From positions 256,001-320,000 of the forward strand of contig CBDCDS010000003.1 in the NCBI GenBank assembly GCA_965215365.1: 64,000 nt of DNA, written 5' to 3'. The notes under the pieces were generated by a model. That model was not told the origin of the DNA. It ran no database searches and saw only the letters and a program-made list of their open reading frames with translations. How positions within the stretch are numbered: position 1 is the first letter of the stretch; every line of letters starts with the position of its first letter. The stretch comes from Gammaproteobacteria bacterium (GTDB lineage: Bacteria; Pseudomonadota; Gammaproteobacteria; Eutrophobiales; Eutrophobiaceae). Below, one piece after another: positions 43,714-52,692 of the stretch. The translations under genes and the position numbers were made by a program.

Positions 43714-44003
43714 CCGCTTCAACCAACGGTAGTAGGTCGCCCTCGACCAACCTACTGCTGCCAGTGCCGTCGCCTCACCACACCCATCCTCGCGTAACGT
43801 CGCAACTAATTCCAACTGCTGCAAACGACCGAGCGCGTCAGCATCGGTAGTATCATCCACGCGCCAACTGCGATATGATTTCACCCGCTTACCTTTTGAT
43901 CTGCATCGGGTAGTCCTCCTGTGTCAATTAGTTGAGATTAATTCACACACAGACTACCCGATTTCTTTATCTAAAGAGTCTCACTTGTTTCTGAACCCGG
44001 ACA
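43714..44003 (-). mobile_element. IS481-family 5' fragment
   Basis: Left end (reverse complement TGTCCGGGTTCAG) at 44003; transposase N-terminus with the same AGG-TAA lesion as the 11121 copies. Confidence 0.85.
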
Positions 44004-44073
44004 AAGTAGCGCTATGGCAGTTCTGTTCCCTTGGGGGAGAGGTCGGGGTGAAGGGATGAAATACTCCTTAAAA

Positions 44074-44115
44074 TAAAACAGGGGCTACATCAGCAGCGGG
44101 CGCTGCCGGGTAGCC
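44074..44115 (-). terminator. Intrinsic terminator-like hairpin of the cassette (also near 45634, 46815 and 47528)
   Basis: GGCTAC...GTAGCC stem followed on the minus strand by CCTGTTTTA. The stem is longer (AGGGGCTAC/GTAGCCCCT) in the 47.5 kb copy below the RTX gene. Confidence 0.6.
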
Positions 44116-44196
44116 GTTGGGTTTGTTGACTTTCGTGAACGGGAAGTTGGGGTTGCTGCTTGAAATTCAGACTGCAACCGTTAGCTGTGGCTTGGC

Positions 44197-44688
44197 TCAG
44201 TCGGTGCCGTACTTTGCCGGTTCTTCCGCCACGCGGCGGCTGAGTAGCGCATCGCTCAGCCCCCCCACCAGGCCTTCTAAGTGCGCCATGCGTTCGCGTA
44301 ACTCGCCTATCTCTGCTCGCGTGGTTTTGAATTCTGCCTGTGTCTCTGCGCGTTGGGCTTGCATTTCTTCGCGTTGGGCCTGGAATTGTGCCTGTGTCTC
44401 TGCGCGTTGGGCTTGCATTTCTGCGCGCACGGCTTTGAATTCTGCCTGTGTCTCTGCGCGTTGGGCTTGCATCTCTGCGCGCACGGCTTTGAATTCCGCC
44501 TGTGTCTCTGCGCGTTGGGCTTGCATTTCTGCGCGCACGGCTTTGAATTCTGCCTGTGTCTCTGCGCGAAGGGTGCGCGTTTCTTCGCGTTGGGCGCGCT
44601 GGCCGTTGAGAATGAGGCCGGCGAGGGCGATGATGGCGCCGATGAGCGTGATGGCGGCGCTGATGATGGCGATGAGTTCCATAGACAT
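44197..44688 (-). CDS. Membrane-anchored coiled-coil repeat protein, copy 2 (163 aa)
   Basis: (RAETQAEFKAV-RAEMQAQ) x3 plus variants; same termini as copy 1. Confidence 0.8.
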   Translation of the reverse strand: MSMELIAIISAAITLIGAIIALAGLILNGQRAQREETRTLRAETQAEFKAVRAEMQAQRAETQAEFKAVRAEMQAQRAETQAEFKAVRAEMQAQRAETQAQFQAQREEMQAQRAETQAEFKTTRAEIGELRERMAHLEGLVGGLSDALLSRRVAEEPAKYGTD

Positions 44689-44860
44689 GTTCTGTCTCCT
44701 TTGTATCCGATTAGGTACAACGGGTTATCGTGTTTTCCAGTATAGGGTATCCGGGGGTGTTGTCAATGGTTTTTTGTTGGGTTTTGTGAGTTTTCTCACA
44801 AAACTGTGAAGGTTTTGCTGTTCGGGCTGGGGCAATTTGGTGAGATCTGCGGGCTAATTG

Positions 44861-44888
44861 TTGACAAATAAAGAAATAGCGGTACGAT
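44861..44888 (+). promoter_or_regulatory. Sigma70-like promoter of the NYN gene
   Basis: TTGACA-N16-TACGAT. Confidence 0.6.
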
Positions 44889-44901
44889 GGCACCTGTTCC
44901 G

Positions 44902-44967
44902 GGCCTTTGGCAGTAGGCTTTCCCGAGTGTTACAGGAGGAAAGCCAAACCCAAAGGCCATTTTGTTT
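44902..44967 (+). ncRNA. Putative structured leader RNA upstream of the NYN gene
   Basis: Nested stems GGCCTTTGG/CCAAAGGCC and GGCTTTCC/GGAAAGCC followed by ATTTTGTTT. Confidence 0.45.
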
Positions 44968-44991
44968 CAACGTCAGTAAAGGAATAGAATC

Positions 44992-45636
44992 ATGTCTGTC
45001 GCAATTCTTGTAGATGCAGCCTTTTTCATCAAGCGATTCCCTGCGATTTATCCAGGACTTGATAAAAGCAACCCTGAAGTGGTTGGCAAAACTTTATGTT
45101 CCATGTGTATGGAGCATGTGAAAGGAGAAGTCTTGTACAGGATACTGGTCTACGACTGCAAACCATTGAATAGAAAAAGCGCGCATCCGTTAACTGGAAG
45201 ACCGGTTGATTTTTCAAAAATACCGGGGGCGCTATTTCGTGTGGAGCTCCATAAATTTTTGAAAAAACAACGAAAGGTTGCGCTTAGATTGGGAGAGCTT
45301 ACGTCGACGGGAGCCTGGAAGATCAAGACATCTGTAACCCGTAAGCTCTTGAGAAAGCAAATCAATATCAGCGATTTGTCAAACATGGATGTTGAATTTG
45401 ATGTAAAACAGAAAGGCGTGGATATGCGTATCGGGTTAGATATTGCATCATTGTCTTTGAAAGGGATGGTTAATCAGATCATATTGATTTCAGGGGATGG
45501 CGATTTTGTTCCGGCAGCGAAACTGGCACGACGTGAAGGGATTGACTTTGTTCTTGACCCGCTCTGGTCCACATTCATTAGTGAAGGGCTTTACGAACAT
45601 ATAGACGGACTTAAATCAGTTGTACCCCGCCCGTAA
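44992..45636 (+). CDS. NYN (PIN-fold, LabA/DUF88) domain ribonuclease
   Basis: AILVDAAF, YDC, QKGVDMRIGLD, SGDGDFVPAAKLARREG, DPL, HID. Confidence 0.88.
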   Translation: MSVAILVDAAFFIKRFPAIYPGLDKSNPEVVGKTLCSMCMEHVKGEVLYRILVYDCKPLNRKSAHPLTGRPVDFSKIPGALFRVELHKFLKKQRKVALRLGELTSTGAWKIKTSVTRKLLRKQINISDLSNMDVEFDVKQKGVDMRIGLDIASLSLKGMVNQIILISGDGDFVPAAKLARREGIDFVLDPLWSTFISEGLYEHIDGLKSVVPRP

Positions 45637-45756
45637 AACAGGGGCTACGTCAGCAGCATGCGCTGCCGGGTAGCCGTTGGGTTTGTTGACTTTCGTGAAC
45701 GGGAAGTTGGGGTTACTGCTTGAGATTTAGACTGCAACTGTTGGTTATGGCTTGGC

Positions 45757-46086
45757 TCAGTCGGTGCCGTACTTTGCTGGCTCTTCCGCCACGCGGCGGC
45801 TGAGTAGCGCATCGCTCAGCCCCCCCACCAGGCCTTCCAAGTGCGCCATGCGTTCGCGTAACTTGCCTATCTCTGCTCGCGTGGTTTTGAATTCTTCTTG
45901 CACGGCTTTGAATTGGGCTTGTGTCTCTGTGCGCTGGGCTTGCATTTCTTCGCGTTGGGCCTGGAATTCTGCCTGTGTCTCTGCGCGAAGGGCGCGCGTT
46001 TCTTCTCGCTGGGCGCGTTGGCCGTTGAGAATAAGGCCAGCGAGCGCGATGGTGGCGCTTATGATTGCGATGAGTTCCATGGACAT
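45757..46086 (-). CDS. Membrane-anchored coiled-coil repeat protein, copy 3 (109 aa)
   Basis: TM segment 7 aa shorter; different heptad/hendecad combination. Confidence 0.8.
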   Translation of the reverse strand: MSMELIAIISATIALAGLILNGQRAQREETRALRAETQAEFQAQREEMQAQRTETQAQFKAVQEEFKTTRAEIGKLRERMAHLEGLVGGLSDALLSRRVAEEPAKYGTD

Positions 46087-46407
46087 GTTCTGTCTCCTTC
46101 GTATCCGGTTTGGTACAACGGGTTATCGTGTTTTCCAGTATAGGGTATCCGGGGGTGTTGTCAATGGTTTTTTGTTGGGTTTTGTGGGGTTTGTCACAAA
46201 ACTGCCAACCCGCATATCTCACCAAGTGATGCGAATATCGCCTCAACCTGCGCGCAGTAAGGGCTGGATGGCAATACCTGGGCGAAGCTCGGGGAGGCGC
46301 TGCCGTTTTCGCAAGACGAAAAAAGTTTTGTCGATCAGGTAATATGGATGTTATAGTTTGATCGTCACCGGCTTGGTGTACGTAATGCTTTACGTGGGGA
46401 TTTAATA

Positions 46408-46635
46408 ATGTCGGGATTTGACTACGAAAAGGAAATAATCGGCTACTATAAGCTCTGGCTTGGGGTGCTGCTGGTCACGGACATCAGTTTGTGTGGCTGG
46501 CTCGCAAACAACTATCTTTCGGCGCCACAGTGGTTAGTGACCGGGGCTGCTCTGTTGGTCTTTCTGACGACAGGTTTCGTCGTGTTTATTGGTTCAAGCA
46601 CCGAAAGTTTCATTAAGAAACTAAAGAGGAAATAG
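46408..46635 (+). CDS. Small two-TM membrane protein, hypothetical
   Basis: 75 aa, two hydrophobic segments, basic C-terminus. Confidence 0.6.
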   Translation: MSGFDYEKEIIGYYKLWLGVLLVTDISLCGWLANNYLSAPQWLVTGAALLVFLTTGFVVFIGSSTESFIKKLKRK

Positions 46636-46637
46636 CT

Positions 46638-46724
46638 ATGGATATGTTTGTCGCACTTATGATGGTGAGCGTCGGCTTGGTGTTTTGTTACATGGCCTAC
46701 AGGGCCACCCGGAATTTGAAGTAA
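46638..46724 (+). CDS. 28-aa hydrophobic peptide
   Basis: GAGGA RBS; MDMFVALMMVSVGLVFCYMAYRATRNLK; starts 2 bp after the previous stop. Confidence 0.45.
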   Translation: MDMFVALMMVSVGLVFCYMAYRATRNLK

Positions 46725-46936
46725 CTGCAGAACTTACCCGTTTTACGCCCAGCTGTCTTACCGAGGTTAGCGGGAACTACCGTGTCCGGTGGGAAAATAA
46801 ACCACTCCCTGCAATAAAACAGGGGCTACGTCAGCAGCGGGCGCTGCCGGGTAGCCGCTGGGTTTGTTTACTTCTGTGGACGGGAAGGCTGGGTTGCTGC
46901 CGGGATTCAGACTGCAACCGTTGGCTGTGGCTTGGC

Positions 46937-47362
46937 TCAGTCGGTGCCGTACTTTGCTGGCTCTTCCGCCACGCGGCGGCTGAGTAGCGCATCGCTCAGT
47001 CCCCCCACCAGGCCTTCCAAGTGCGCCATGCGTTCGCGTAACTCGCCTATCTCTGCTCGCGTGGTTTTGAATTCTTCTTGCACGGCTTTGAATTGGGCTT
47101 GTGTCTCTGTGCGCTGGGCTTGCATTTCTTCGCGTTGGGCCTGGAATTGTGCCTGTGTCTCTGCGCGTTGGGCTTGCATCTCTGCGCGCACGGCTTTGAA
47201 TTCCGCCTGTGTCTCTGCGCGCTGGGCTTGCATCTCTGCACGCTGGGCTTGCATTTCCTCTCGTTGGGTGCGCGTTTCTTCTCGTTGGGCGCGTTGGCCG
47301 TTGAGAATGAGGCCAGCGAGCGCGATGGTGGCGCTTATGATGGCGATGAGTTCCATAGACAT
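46937..47362 (-). CDS. Membrane-anchored coiled-coil repeat protein, copy 4 (141 aa)
   Basis: Same termini, another repeat combination. Confidence 0.8.
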   Translation of the reverse strand: MSMELIAIISATIALAGLILNGQRAQREETRTQREEMQAQRAEMQAQRAETQAEFKAVRAEMQAQRAETQAQFQAQREEMQAQRTETQAQFKAVQEEFKTTRAEIGELRERMAHLEGLVGGLSDALLSRRVAEEPAKYGTD

Positions 47363-47620
47363 GTTCTGTCTCCTTCGTATCCGGTTTGGTACAACGGGTT
47401 ATCGTGTTTTCCAGTATAGGGTATCCGGGGGTGTTGTCAATGGTTTTTTGTTGGGTTTTGTGAGTTTTCTCACAAAACTGTGAAGGTTTTGCTGTTCGGG
47501 ATGGGGCAATGGGACGGGGGGTACAAATAAAACAGGGGCTACGTCAGCAGCATGCGCCGCCGGGTAGCCCCTGGGTTCGTTTACTTCCGTGAACGGGAAG
47601 TTTGGTTACTACTTTACTGA

Positions 47621-50600
47621 TCAGGCCACCAAGATGAAACCACCTTCACCTGCTTCGAACACCTCCGGATCATTACCACTAGCAATATTAAATATCTTCA
47701 GGCTGGTGAGTTTGCCATCACGACCAACTTCACCTACACCCCCCAGACTGTTAACACCATCCAAGATGATTTTCCCGCCGCCGACTGAGGTCAAATCGAT
47801 CCTGACGTTGGTACCGAACACATCAATCAGATTCATCAAATCCGCCTCTTTGAGGTTGTAGGCAGACAGATCAATGGCGTCATTTTCAAGGCTGGTAAGA
47901 CCGGAAATAACATCGTCTCCGTTTCCATCGGCAGGGCTGAACACAAAGGTATCCTGACCAGCGCCGCCATCCAGTTGGTCATCCCCAGCACCGCCATTGA
48001 TCGTGTCATCGCCGGAACCACCGGTAATTTTGTCATTGCCCGCATCGCCGTGCAGCTCGTTATTACCGCTTGCGGCACGTATAATATCGTTGCCATCGCC
48101 GCCGTACAGCTTATCGTCGCCAGCGCCGCCAATCAACATATCATCACCCCCCATGCCTTTGAGAACATTGGGGTTGTCATCGCCGGTCAGTGTGTCTTTC
48201 TGGTTGGAACCGGTCAGGTTCTCGATACTGCCCAGCCTATCGCCAGCAGCGCCATTAGTCTCGGGGTTTTCATCGACATCAAAAGGAGAACCGGGGTTCA
48301 TGAGCATAGACGGGACACCTTCTGCATCAATACCATTACCATCACCCGCCGTGATCGTAGGAGTATCCACTGTACCGAATACAAACGGCTCTCCTTTGGT
48401 ACCCATGCCTGTAACCTGCTTTGTATCATTATCGGTCACCAAGCTCACGGTAACACCTACCATAGAGGCCTCGTAGGATACGGTATCGCGGCCGCCATCA
48501 CCCTGAATCAGGTCAGCGCCAGAGCTGGCGATGAAAATGTCATCATGTTCGGAACCCCAAACCAACTCGATGTTGTTCAAGATATCGCCGTCGGCATCGC
48601 CGCGGGTGCCTCTACCAGTAGCCAGATTAACCGTGATGCCAGCGGTTGCGTTCTTATAGACGGCCCAGTCGATGGAAGCGGGCTTCATTTCGCCTGGATC
48701 AACGGTACCGTTTCCATCGGCATCACCAGGCACCATGTTGTTCCTTTCATCTTTATCCTCACCACCGTCCAGCATGTCGGCGCCCGGACCGCCGGTCAGA
48801 CGGTCGGAGCCGGCGCCGCCCCGGAGGGTATCATTGCCAGCGCCACCGTTCAGGTTATTGTCGTGGTCATTACCGGTCAGGCTGTCGGCGTACTTGGAAC
48901 CGGTGATGTGCCGGAACGTCGCGACATCAACCGTGTTGTTCGGATCACGTCGCGTCGGTGCGCTTTCTTCGTAAGTCACAATAGTATCGCCTTCGGCATG
49001 ACCGCCGGCAGCGCTGGCCGTGGCCAGGTTTATCGTGACACCTGCGTTAGACGTGGCGTAGAGCAGGGTGTTGGCCTCGAAATTCGGATTGCCCTTGTCA
49101 TCTTCAGCATCGCCGGCAGCATCGCCGGCATCATTGGCAGGTGTATAGCCACCGTCCAATTCATCCGCGCCAGCACCGCCTTCAATCGTATCGTTACCAC
49201 CGGCACCGTCTATATCGTCATCACCGTCCATCCCCCACAGCTTGTTAGCGACCATGTTACCGGTTAAATCATCACCGTAGGCAGAACCTCTGATGTTTTC
49301 AAAGTTGGTGGCTGTATCGCCGGAGGCGTGGCCTCTGGACGCAATCGCAGCAGCACCATCACCATCTCGCAGCTCGACCCTGACCCGGGTATCGGAATGG
49401 CGGTAGGAGAGAGTGTCTTCGCCCTCACCACCATCCAAGGTATCTCCACCTTCGTGACCTTCGATTTCGTTATCATGACGATTGCCCGTCAGGGTATCAT
49501 CGTCCTGAGAACCGATGATGTTTTCAATATTTTTCACAGTACCACGGGCTGCGCCCCCGACAGTGATATTACCTGCTAACAGATCCACCGTAAGACCCTC
49601 ATCTAACAACGCGAAAGAGACAGTATCAACCGCGTTCGGGTCTCCCTCCGCTTCAGTTTCTGAAGGATCCATAACCATAACCCAACCATCAACTTTATCC
49701 CCAGGCCTAGCATGAATCATATCGCTGCCAGCGCCGCCATAGTACGTGTTAGTGCCTCTATTACCCCACAAATGGTCATTGCCAGGGCCGCCGAAGAGCA
49801 TATCATCACCGGCACCGCCGAAGATTCTGTCGTTGCCCCTCCCACCATAAAGCGTATCGTCATTGTCGATACCAGAGTTCGTACTGCGCGCATCGGTCGG
49901 ATTCGGGCCGCCGTAAATCGTGTCATCGCCATCGCCGCCCCGGATGGTGTTATCCCTGAAATCACCGGCCAGGATATCGTTGTAGGCCGACCCGGTCAGG
50001 TCTTCAACATCAGCCAGCATGACGGAGGTGGAATCCCCGTCGCTGTTGGTATAGTCAGTCTCAGCCGTCAGGCTCCAAGTATCGCCTTCGGCGTCACCCA
50101 ACATGGCCTGCCCACTGTGCAGGCGCACTATGACACCCATCGGGGACATGCTATAGGAAGCTATATCGCTCCCGGCGCCACCGGTCAGCATGTCGGCGCC
50201 GGGGCCGCCTTCGAGGGTGTCATCGCCGTCGCCACCGGTCAGCATGTCGGCGCCGGGGCCGCCCCAGAGCTTGTCATCGCCCCGGGCGCCGTCCAGCATG
50301 TCATCCCCATCAAGCCCCCACAGTTTATTGACTCGTCTACTACCGGTGAGCACGTCGTCATAGGCAGAACCGATGATGTTCTCAATCCGGTCATTGCCCT
50401 TGTCAACGAGGGTATCGCCGTCGGCATCGCCGCCGCGCGCCGCGCCACTGGTCAGATTGATGGTGACGCCCACCATCGAACCGACATAGGTGATGGTGTC
50501 TTCACCATCACCCCCGCTGAGCGCGTCAGCCCCCGGACCGCCTGACAGCAGGTCATCGCCATTCCCGCCATTCAGCTTGTCATCGCCGCCCATGCCGTAC

Positions 50601-51163
50601 AAGGAATCGTCACCGTTCAGACCGTTGAGCGTATCGTTCTGAGCGCCGCCCTTGATTTTGTCGTCTTCATCTGTGCCCGCCAGAGTCCCACCGACAGTCG
50701 TCGCTGGCACCTTCTTCTCATTCAACGTCACCGTGTAGTCAGCAGACGTCATAATGACATTTGTACCCGGGTTGCCCGTATAGGCACTCACTGCGATAAA
50801 GTACTTCTGCGTGCCACTGCCGGCTTCGGGCGTAAACTTAAGCTTAGGATGCAGTGCGGTTGAGACGCCGTTGGAGCCCACAACATCATCTTCCATCTTG
50901 ATTTCGCCGCCCTTTCCATCGTACAGCGTCAAAATGGTATCGGTAAGGGTATCACTACCCTCTATGGAAAACGTGTACTCATTACCCTCGCTCAGCTCGA
51001 CCGCAATCCAGTCCACATCGTGCTTGGAGGTCAGGGTGCCCTTAACCGTGCTTGCCACTGATTTACCATCAAACGGCCCGTTCGGCGGCATGAAGCTAAG
51101 CTCAGTGCTCGTATCTGCGGGCGCATCCTTGCCCATCAACTTGCTTTCGTCTCGGTCTGGCAT
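47621..51163 (-). CDS. RTX (hemolysin-type Ca-binding) repeat protein, probable type I secretion substrate
   Basis: Many GGxGxDxLx nonapeptides and IENxxGS repeats; N-terminal DVDW PPC-like domain; AGGAG RBS before ATG 51163. Confidence 0.9.
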   Translation of the reverse strand: MPDRDESKLMGKDAPADTSTELSFMPPNGPFDGKSVASTVKGTLTSKHDVDWIAVELSEGNEYTFSIEGSDTLTDTILTLYDGKGGEIKMEDDVVGSNGVSTALHPKLKFTPEAGSGTQKYFIAVSAYTGNPGTNVIMTSADYTVTLNEKKVPATTVGGTLAGTDEDDKIKGGAQNDTLNGLNGDDSLYGMGGDDKLNGGNGDDLLSGGPGADALSGGDGEDTITYVGSMVGVTINLTSGAARGGDADGDTLVDKGNDRIENIIGSAYDDVLTGSRRVNKLWGLDGDDMLDGARGDDKLWGGPGADMLTGGDGDDTLEGGPGADMLTGGAGSDIASYSMSPMGVIVRLHSGQAMLGDAEGDTWSLTAETDYTNSDGDSTSVMLADVEDLTGSAYNDILAGDFRDNTIRGGDGDDTIYGGPNPTDARSTNSGIDNDDTLYGGRGNDRIFGGAGDDMLFGGPGNDHLWGNRGTNTYYGGAGSDMIHARPGDKVDGWVMVMDPSETEAEGDPNAVDTVSFALLDEGLTVDLLAGNITVGGAARGTVKNIENIIGSQDDDTLTGNRHDNEIEGHEGGDTLDGGEGEDTLSYRHSDTRVRVELRDGDGAAAIASRGHASGDTATNFENIRGSAYGDDLTGNMVANKLWGMDGDDDIDGAGGNDTIEGGAGADELDGGYTPANDAGDAAGDAEDDKGNPNFEANTLLYATSNAGVTINLATASAAGGHAEGDTIVTYEESAPTRRDPNNTVDVATFRHITGSKYADSLTGNDHDNNLNGGAGNDTLRGGAGSDRLTGGPGADMLDGGEDKDERNNMVPGDADGNGTVDPGEMKPASIDWAVYKNATAGITVNLATGRGTRGDADGDILNNIELVWGSEHDDIFIASSGADLIQGDGGRDTVSYEASMVGVTVSLVTDNDTKQVTGMGTKGEPFVFGTVDTPTITAGDGNGIDAEGVPSMLMNPGSPFDVDENPETNGAAGDRLGSIENLTGSNQKDTLTGDDNPNVLKGMGGDDMLIGGAGDDKLYGGDGNDIIRAASGNNELHGDAGNDKITGGSGDDTINGGAGDDQLDGGAGQDTFVFSPADGNGDDVISGLTSLENDAIDLSAYNLKEADLMNLIDVFGTNVRIDLTSVGGGKIILDGVNSLGGVGEVGRDGKLTSLKIFNIASGNDPEVFEAGEGGFILVA

Positions 51164-51629
51164 CTCTTTTTCTCCTGTGCTAATCAGTAGAAGTAAACGA
51201 ACTTTTTGGCGCATTCATGCGGTAGATCGCATTATTACATACTTTTGAAAAAAAACAATCACTGTTCACAAATATCGCAATTTAGCGGCTATAAGTCAAC
51301 ACAAATCTCTAAATTTTGTCAATGGGGCTCCCTTACGGTGTGTTGCCCATGGTACAACTTTTTTCGATCTGTCGCAATATACCGGTGTTCACGGAATATG
51401 TCAACTGCATAATAAAAAAAAGTTGCAGGCATGTCAACATATTTGCCCGCCGAACTTCCCCATGACCTGTAATCTTCGCAGTGTGCCAAGTTTATCTGGT
51501 GTTGTCAACAAAATAATAGAAAAAATATTTTGTTGTCAAGTCTTTTGGTAGTTTACCTGAAATTCTTTTGTAAATGTACGGCAAAACAACCTTATTCTGA
51601 CCATTCTCACCCATATCGGGGCGCTTGTC

Positions 51630-51765
51630 CAGAACTTTCGGATTCTGGAGTTTCCCTTTGCTTTTTCACCCCGTGTACATTAGTATTGTTACGAGCCGGC
51701 TGTCCATGGCCGGCTGCTGCTGTTAACTATCAACCAAACCGATAAGGAGGAATCTGTCATGGAAA
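51630..51765 (+). repeat. 136-bp duplicated promoter/leader (second copy 52564-52699)
   Basis: Near-identical sequence 934 bp apart containing TTGCTT-N17-TAGTAT, a small hairpin and an AAGGAGG RBS. Confidence 0.9.
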
Positions 51766-52433
51766 AACAATTGCCGCGTAAACCCGCTACGTTTGAGACG
51801 GTCTGGGCCAGCTTGCAGGAATTGGCCGAGATGCAGAAGGAGACTGAGCGGCTTATAAAAGAGAATGCCCGGGAAACTGACCGGCGCATGAAAGAAAATG
51901 CCCGGGAAACTGACCGGCGCATGAAGGAGACTGAGCAACTGATGAAGGAAACCTACCAGGAGATGAAATATACCGACCGGCGCATGAAGCAGTTGCAAGG
52001 CACGTTCGATAACCAGTGGGGGGCGTTCATGGAAAGCCTGGTGGAAGGCGACTTGGTCGCCATGCTGCAAGACCGGGGCATCCCTGTGCAAAAGACCAAA
52101 AGCCGCCGCCTCGGTCGTATCAATCGTCTCAATGACGGCAAAAACTATGAGTACGACATCTTGGCGATTAACGGTGAACAGGTGGTGGTCGTGGAAGTCA
52201 AAACCACGCTGCACCCGGAGGGGGTCAAGGACTTCCTTGAAGACCTGACGGAATTTACCACCTGTTTCCCGGACTACAAGGGCAAGGTCATTCATGGCGC
52301 CATGGCGTATCTCAAGACCGATGAGAGCGTGCAACGGAATGTCATCCGCCAGGGCTTGTTTGCCATCCGCGCCACCGGCGACAGTGCCAGCATCGTTAAT
52401 GAGGAGGGGTTTGTGCCACGGGTGTTTGGGTGA
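51759..52433 (+). CDS. Coiled-coil plus PD-(D/E)XK nuclease-like protein (DUF3782-like)
   Basis: KENARETDRR 11-aa repeats; WGAFMESLV; EYDILAING...VVEVK. Confidence 0.8.
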   Translation: MEKQLPRKPATFETVWASLQELAEMQKETERLIKENARETDRRMKENARETDRRMKETEQLMKETYQEMKYTDRRMKQLQGTFDNQWGAFMESLVEGDLVAMLQDRGIPVQKTKSRRLGRINRLNDGKNYEYDILAINGEQVVVVEVKTTLHPEGVKDFLEDLTEFTTCFPDYKGKVIHGAMAYLKTDESVQRNVIRQGLFAIRATGDSASIVNEEGFVPRVFG

Positions 52434-52692
52434 GCGATACGCAGCCGTTAACGTTGATCCGGCGCAGCAGGGCGCGCAATCAAGTAAGAAACGGCCTGAC
52501 TTCTTATTGGTGCTTGATATGCTTATACAACGTCGAAACGCACTTTATTGAGAGGCGGAACAGCAGAACTTTCGGACTCTGGAGTTTCCCTTTGCTTTTT
52601 CACCCCGTGTACATTAGTATTGTTACGAGCCGGCTGTCCATGGCCGGCTGCTGCTGTTAACTATCAACCAAACCGATAAGGAGGAATCTGTC

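Larger units (their letters stand above)
44072..44836 (-). repeat. Coiled-coil cassette repeat, copy 2 (promoter + ORF + terminator). Other copies: 39145-39558, 45634-46204, 46813-47510; terminator-only copy 47526-47606
   Basis: Near-identical flanks TAAAACAGGGGCTAC...GGGAAGTT and GTATCCGG...TTGTCAATGGTTTT. Confidence 0.92.

Noticed and set aside
44300-44580. Regular short repeats that could be read as a CRISPR array
   Set aside because: They are contiguous 21/33/54-nt coding repeats with no unique spacers, and no cas genes are present.
44072-47606. Classical integron with attC sites
   Set aside because: No tyrosine recombinase and no clear RYYYAAC...GTTRRRY attC boxes; the hairpin is better explained as a terminator.
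50170-50265. 54-bp tandem duplication in the RTX gene
   Set aside because: Ordinary RTX nonapeptide repeat expansion.
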